This document shows positions 62,874-64,000 of a stretch of 64,000 nucleotides of DNA, piece after piece. The notes beneath the pieces are model-generated. The model did no database searches. It saw nothing but the letters and a program-made list of their open reading frames with translations, and had not been told where the DNA came from. Numbering within the stretch: the first letter of the stretch is position 1; every line of letters starts with the position of its first letter. The position numbers and the translations under genes were made by a program. The stretch comes from Bigelowiella natans CCMP2755 (lineage: Eukaryota; Protista; Cercozoa), in contig ADNK01000826.1 in NCBI GenBank assembly GCA_000320545.1, forward strand, positions 1 to 64,000. Direction: 5' to 3'.

Positions 62874-63564
62874 CAGGCTGAGGAATGAGAATCGGTTATA
62901 TCTTCAAAGTGTGGACGTTTTACTAATTCATGGATTGGCACCTTGCCTCCTCTTCCCAATGAGGATGAGGCGTGAGCATCATGTCCTTCCTCCTCTCGAT
63001 GATTGTCCTGCACACACGTGCTTTCGATGCGACCTAGTCTCTCTTATCGAATTCACCTCCTTTTGCACACCAGCGACATCCTAGCCGTCCCACAAGCAGT
63101 ATTTGTCAGGAGAACGAGTTTCCACAAACCGTTGTCACAGTAATTGTACGTGCAAATGAGGATGACGACATAGAGTTATCGATGTCGTCCTGGATGGGGT
63201 GATAGACTAGATCTTTAACTGTTGAACAGTGAAATTTTCTTCCGAGGCGGTACCGCGCGAAACGCTCTGTAGATCTAGATCTATGGAGATACACGACAAA
63301 TTGCACATCTAATAATCTTCGGACACATTCGGACACGTCGGACACTTTCATATGGATTTGGTAGATGCGACAATGATATTTGGGTAAATTTGAGTGCATA
63401 CGATCGGCGTATCGGAGATATAGCTCTAAGAACAGTGTTCCCCCCATCATCACTTATCAATCAATCAGCAGCCAGGATTAAAGAAGTGGGTGATGGGTGA
63501 AAACAGCAGATATAATCAAGGATCCTCGGGATATTTATTTGGGGGAAGCTATTAACGGAAGCAG

Positions 63565-64000
63565 AGAGGATCATCATATCATGGTCTCGAAAGGATGCAA
63601 GCGAGGGATCTTCGCGTCCGTCGGTCTGTCTTCCTCAACCTGTTTTATCGAGTTGCTCTCATGTATTCGCTATCTGCGCAGCATTTGTTCTTCTCTGGGG
63701 GATAATTTTGGGCGCTAATGCTCGGTGGTACATTGAATGGAAAATTAGAAGTTATATTCTAAACCAGGTAAAGGGTAAAAGTTTTGCAATACAAACAAAT
63801 GTGGTGGTGACAGACATACCATTCGTGATCGATCAGTACGTAATTATCAACGAAAAAAATGATGTACCTGCGGGAGTCTGGAAATCCTTCGAAGTGGTAA
63901 TGGAGCTTCTGAGAACACAGATTCTTTTGTTTAGAACCTGAAACAAGTCCGTCCTTGTCGTCTTTCTTCGATATATTTATTAGGCTGGGAATAACTACAA
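63565..64000 (-). CDS. Possible 3' exons of an unidentified gene entering from the right edge
   Basis: Open stretch IPSLINISKKDDKDG...FEGFPDSR ending at an AG|GTAC donor, and a later open stretch ending PFETMI*. No homology recognised. Confidence 0.3.

Noticed and set aside
1-64000. CRISPR arrays, rRNA or tRNA genes
   Set aside because: No repeat-spacer array or RNA-gene signature seen; the only tRNA-like sequence is the retroelement PBS.

Overview
This is gene-dense eukaryotic nuclear DNA with short GT-AG introns and many intronic microsatellites. Several genes carry a signal peptide plus plastid transit peptide, two with an added Tat lumenal signal, and one is a green-lineage PPD3-like gene. 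That combination suggests an alga with a secondary green plastid, chlorarachniophyte-like (inference). About 15 genes are recognisable: a large LamG/lectin-type protein, an EF-hand protein, a mitochondrial cupin + L-2-haloacid dehalogenase fusion, PIF1, a saposin-like protein, CDK5RAP3, a TIC62-like SDR, two PPR proteins, a nucleotide-sugar transporter, a PPD3-like protein, a sterol methyltransferase, an HPC2/ubinuclein-like protein, an RRM protein, a DnaJ-Trx protein and a lumenal Trx-like protein. A complete young Ty3/Gypsy-type LTR element lies at 17122-22837 with 326-bp LTRs that look identical and an ACGA target-site duplication. Main signals: (1) Discrete intergenic tracts are almost purged of TpA, with survivors mostly in CTAG and CpG retained. 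This looks like locus-restricted TA->TG/CA hypermutation, the reverse of fungal RIP, and one tract contains a decayed synapsin-like gene relic. (2) The LTR element is inserted in such a tract and ends its integrase with a degenerate DIRS/Dam-type N6-adenine methyltransferase-like domain; it also has a DD(27)E integrase and a central PPT. (3) The cupin-dehalogenase fusion. All gene models, alignments and dinucleotide counts were done by eye.
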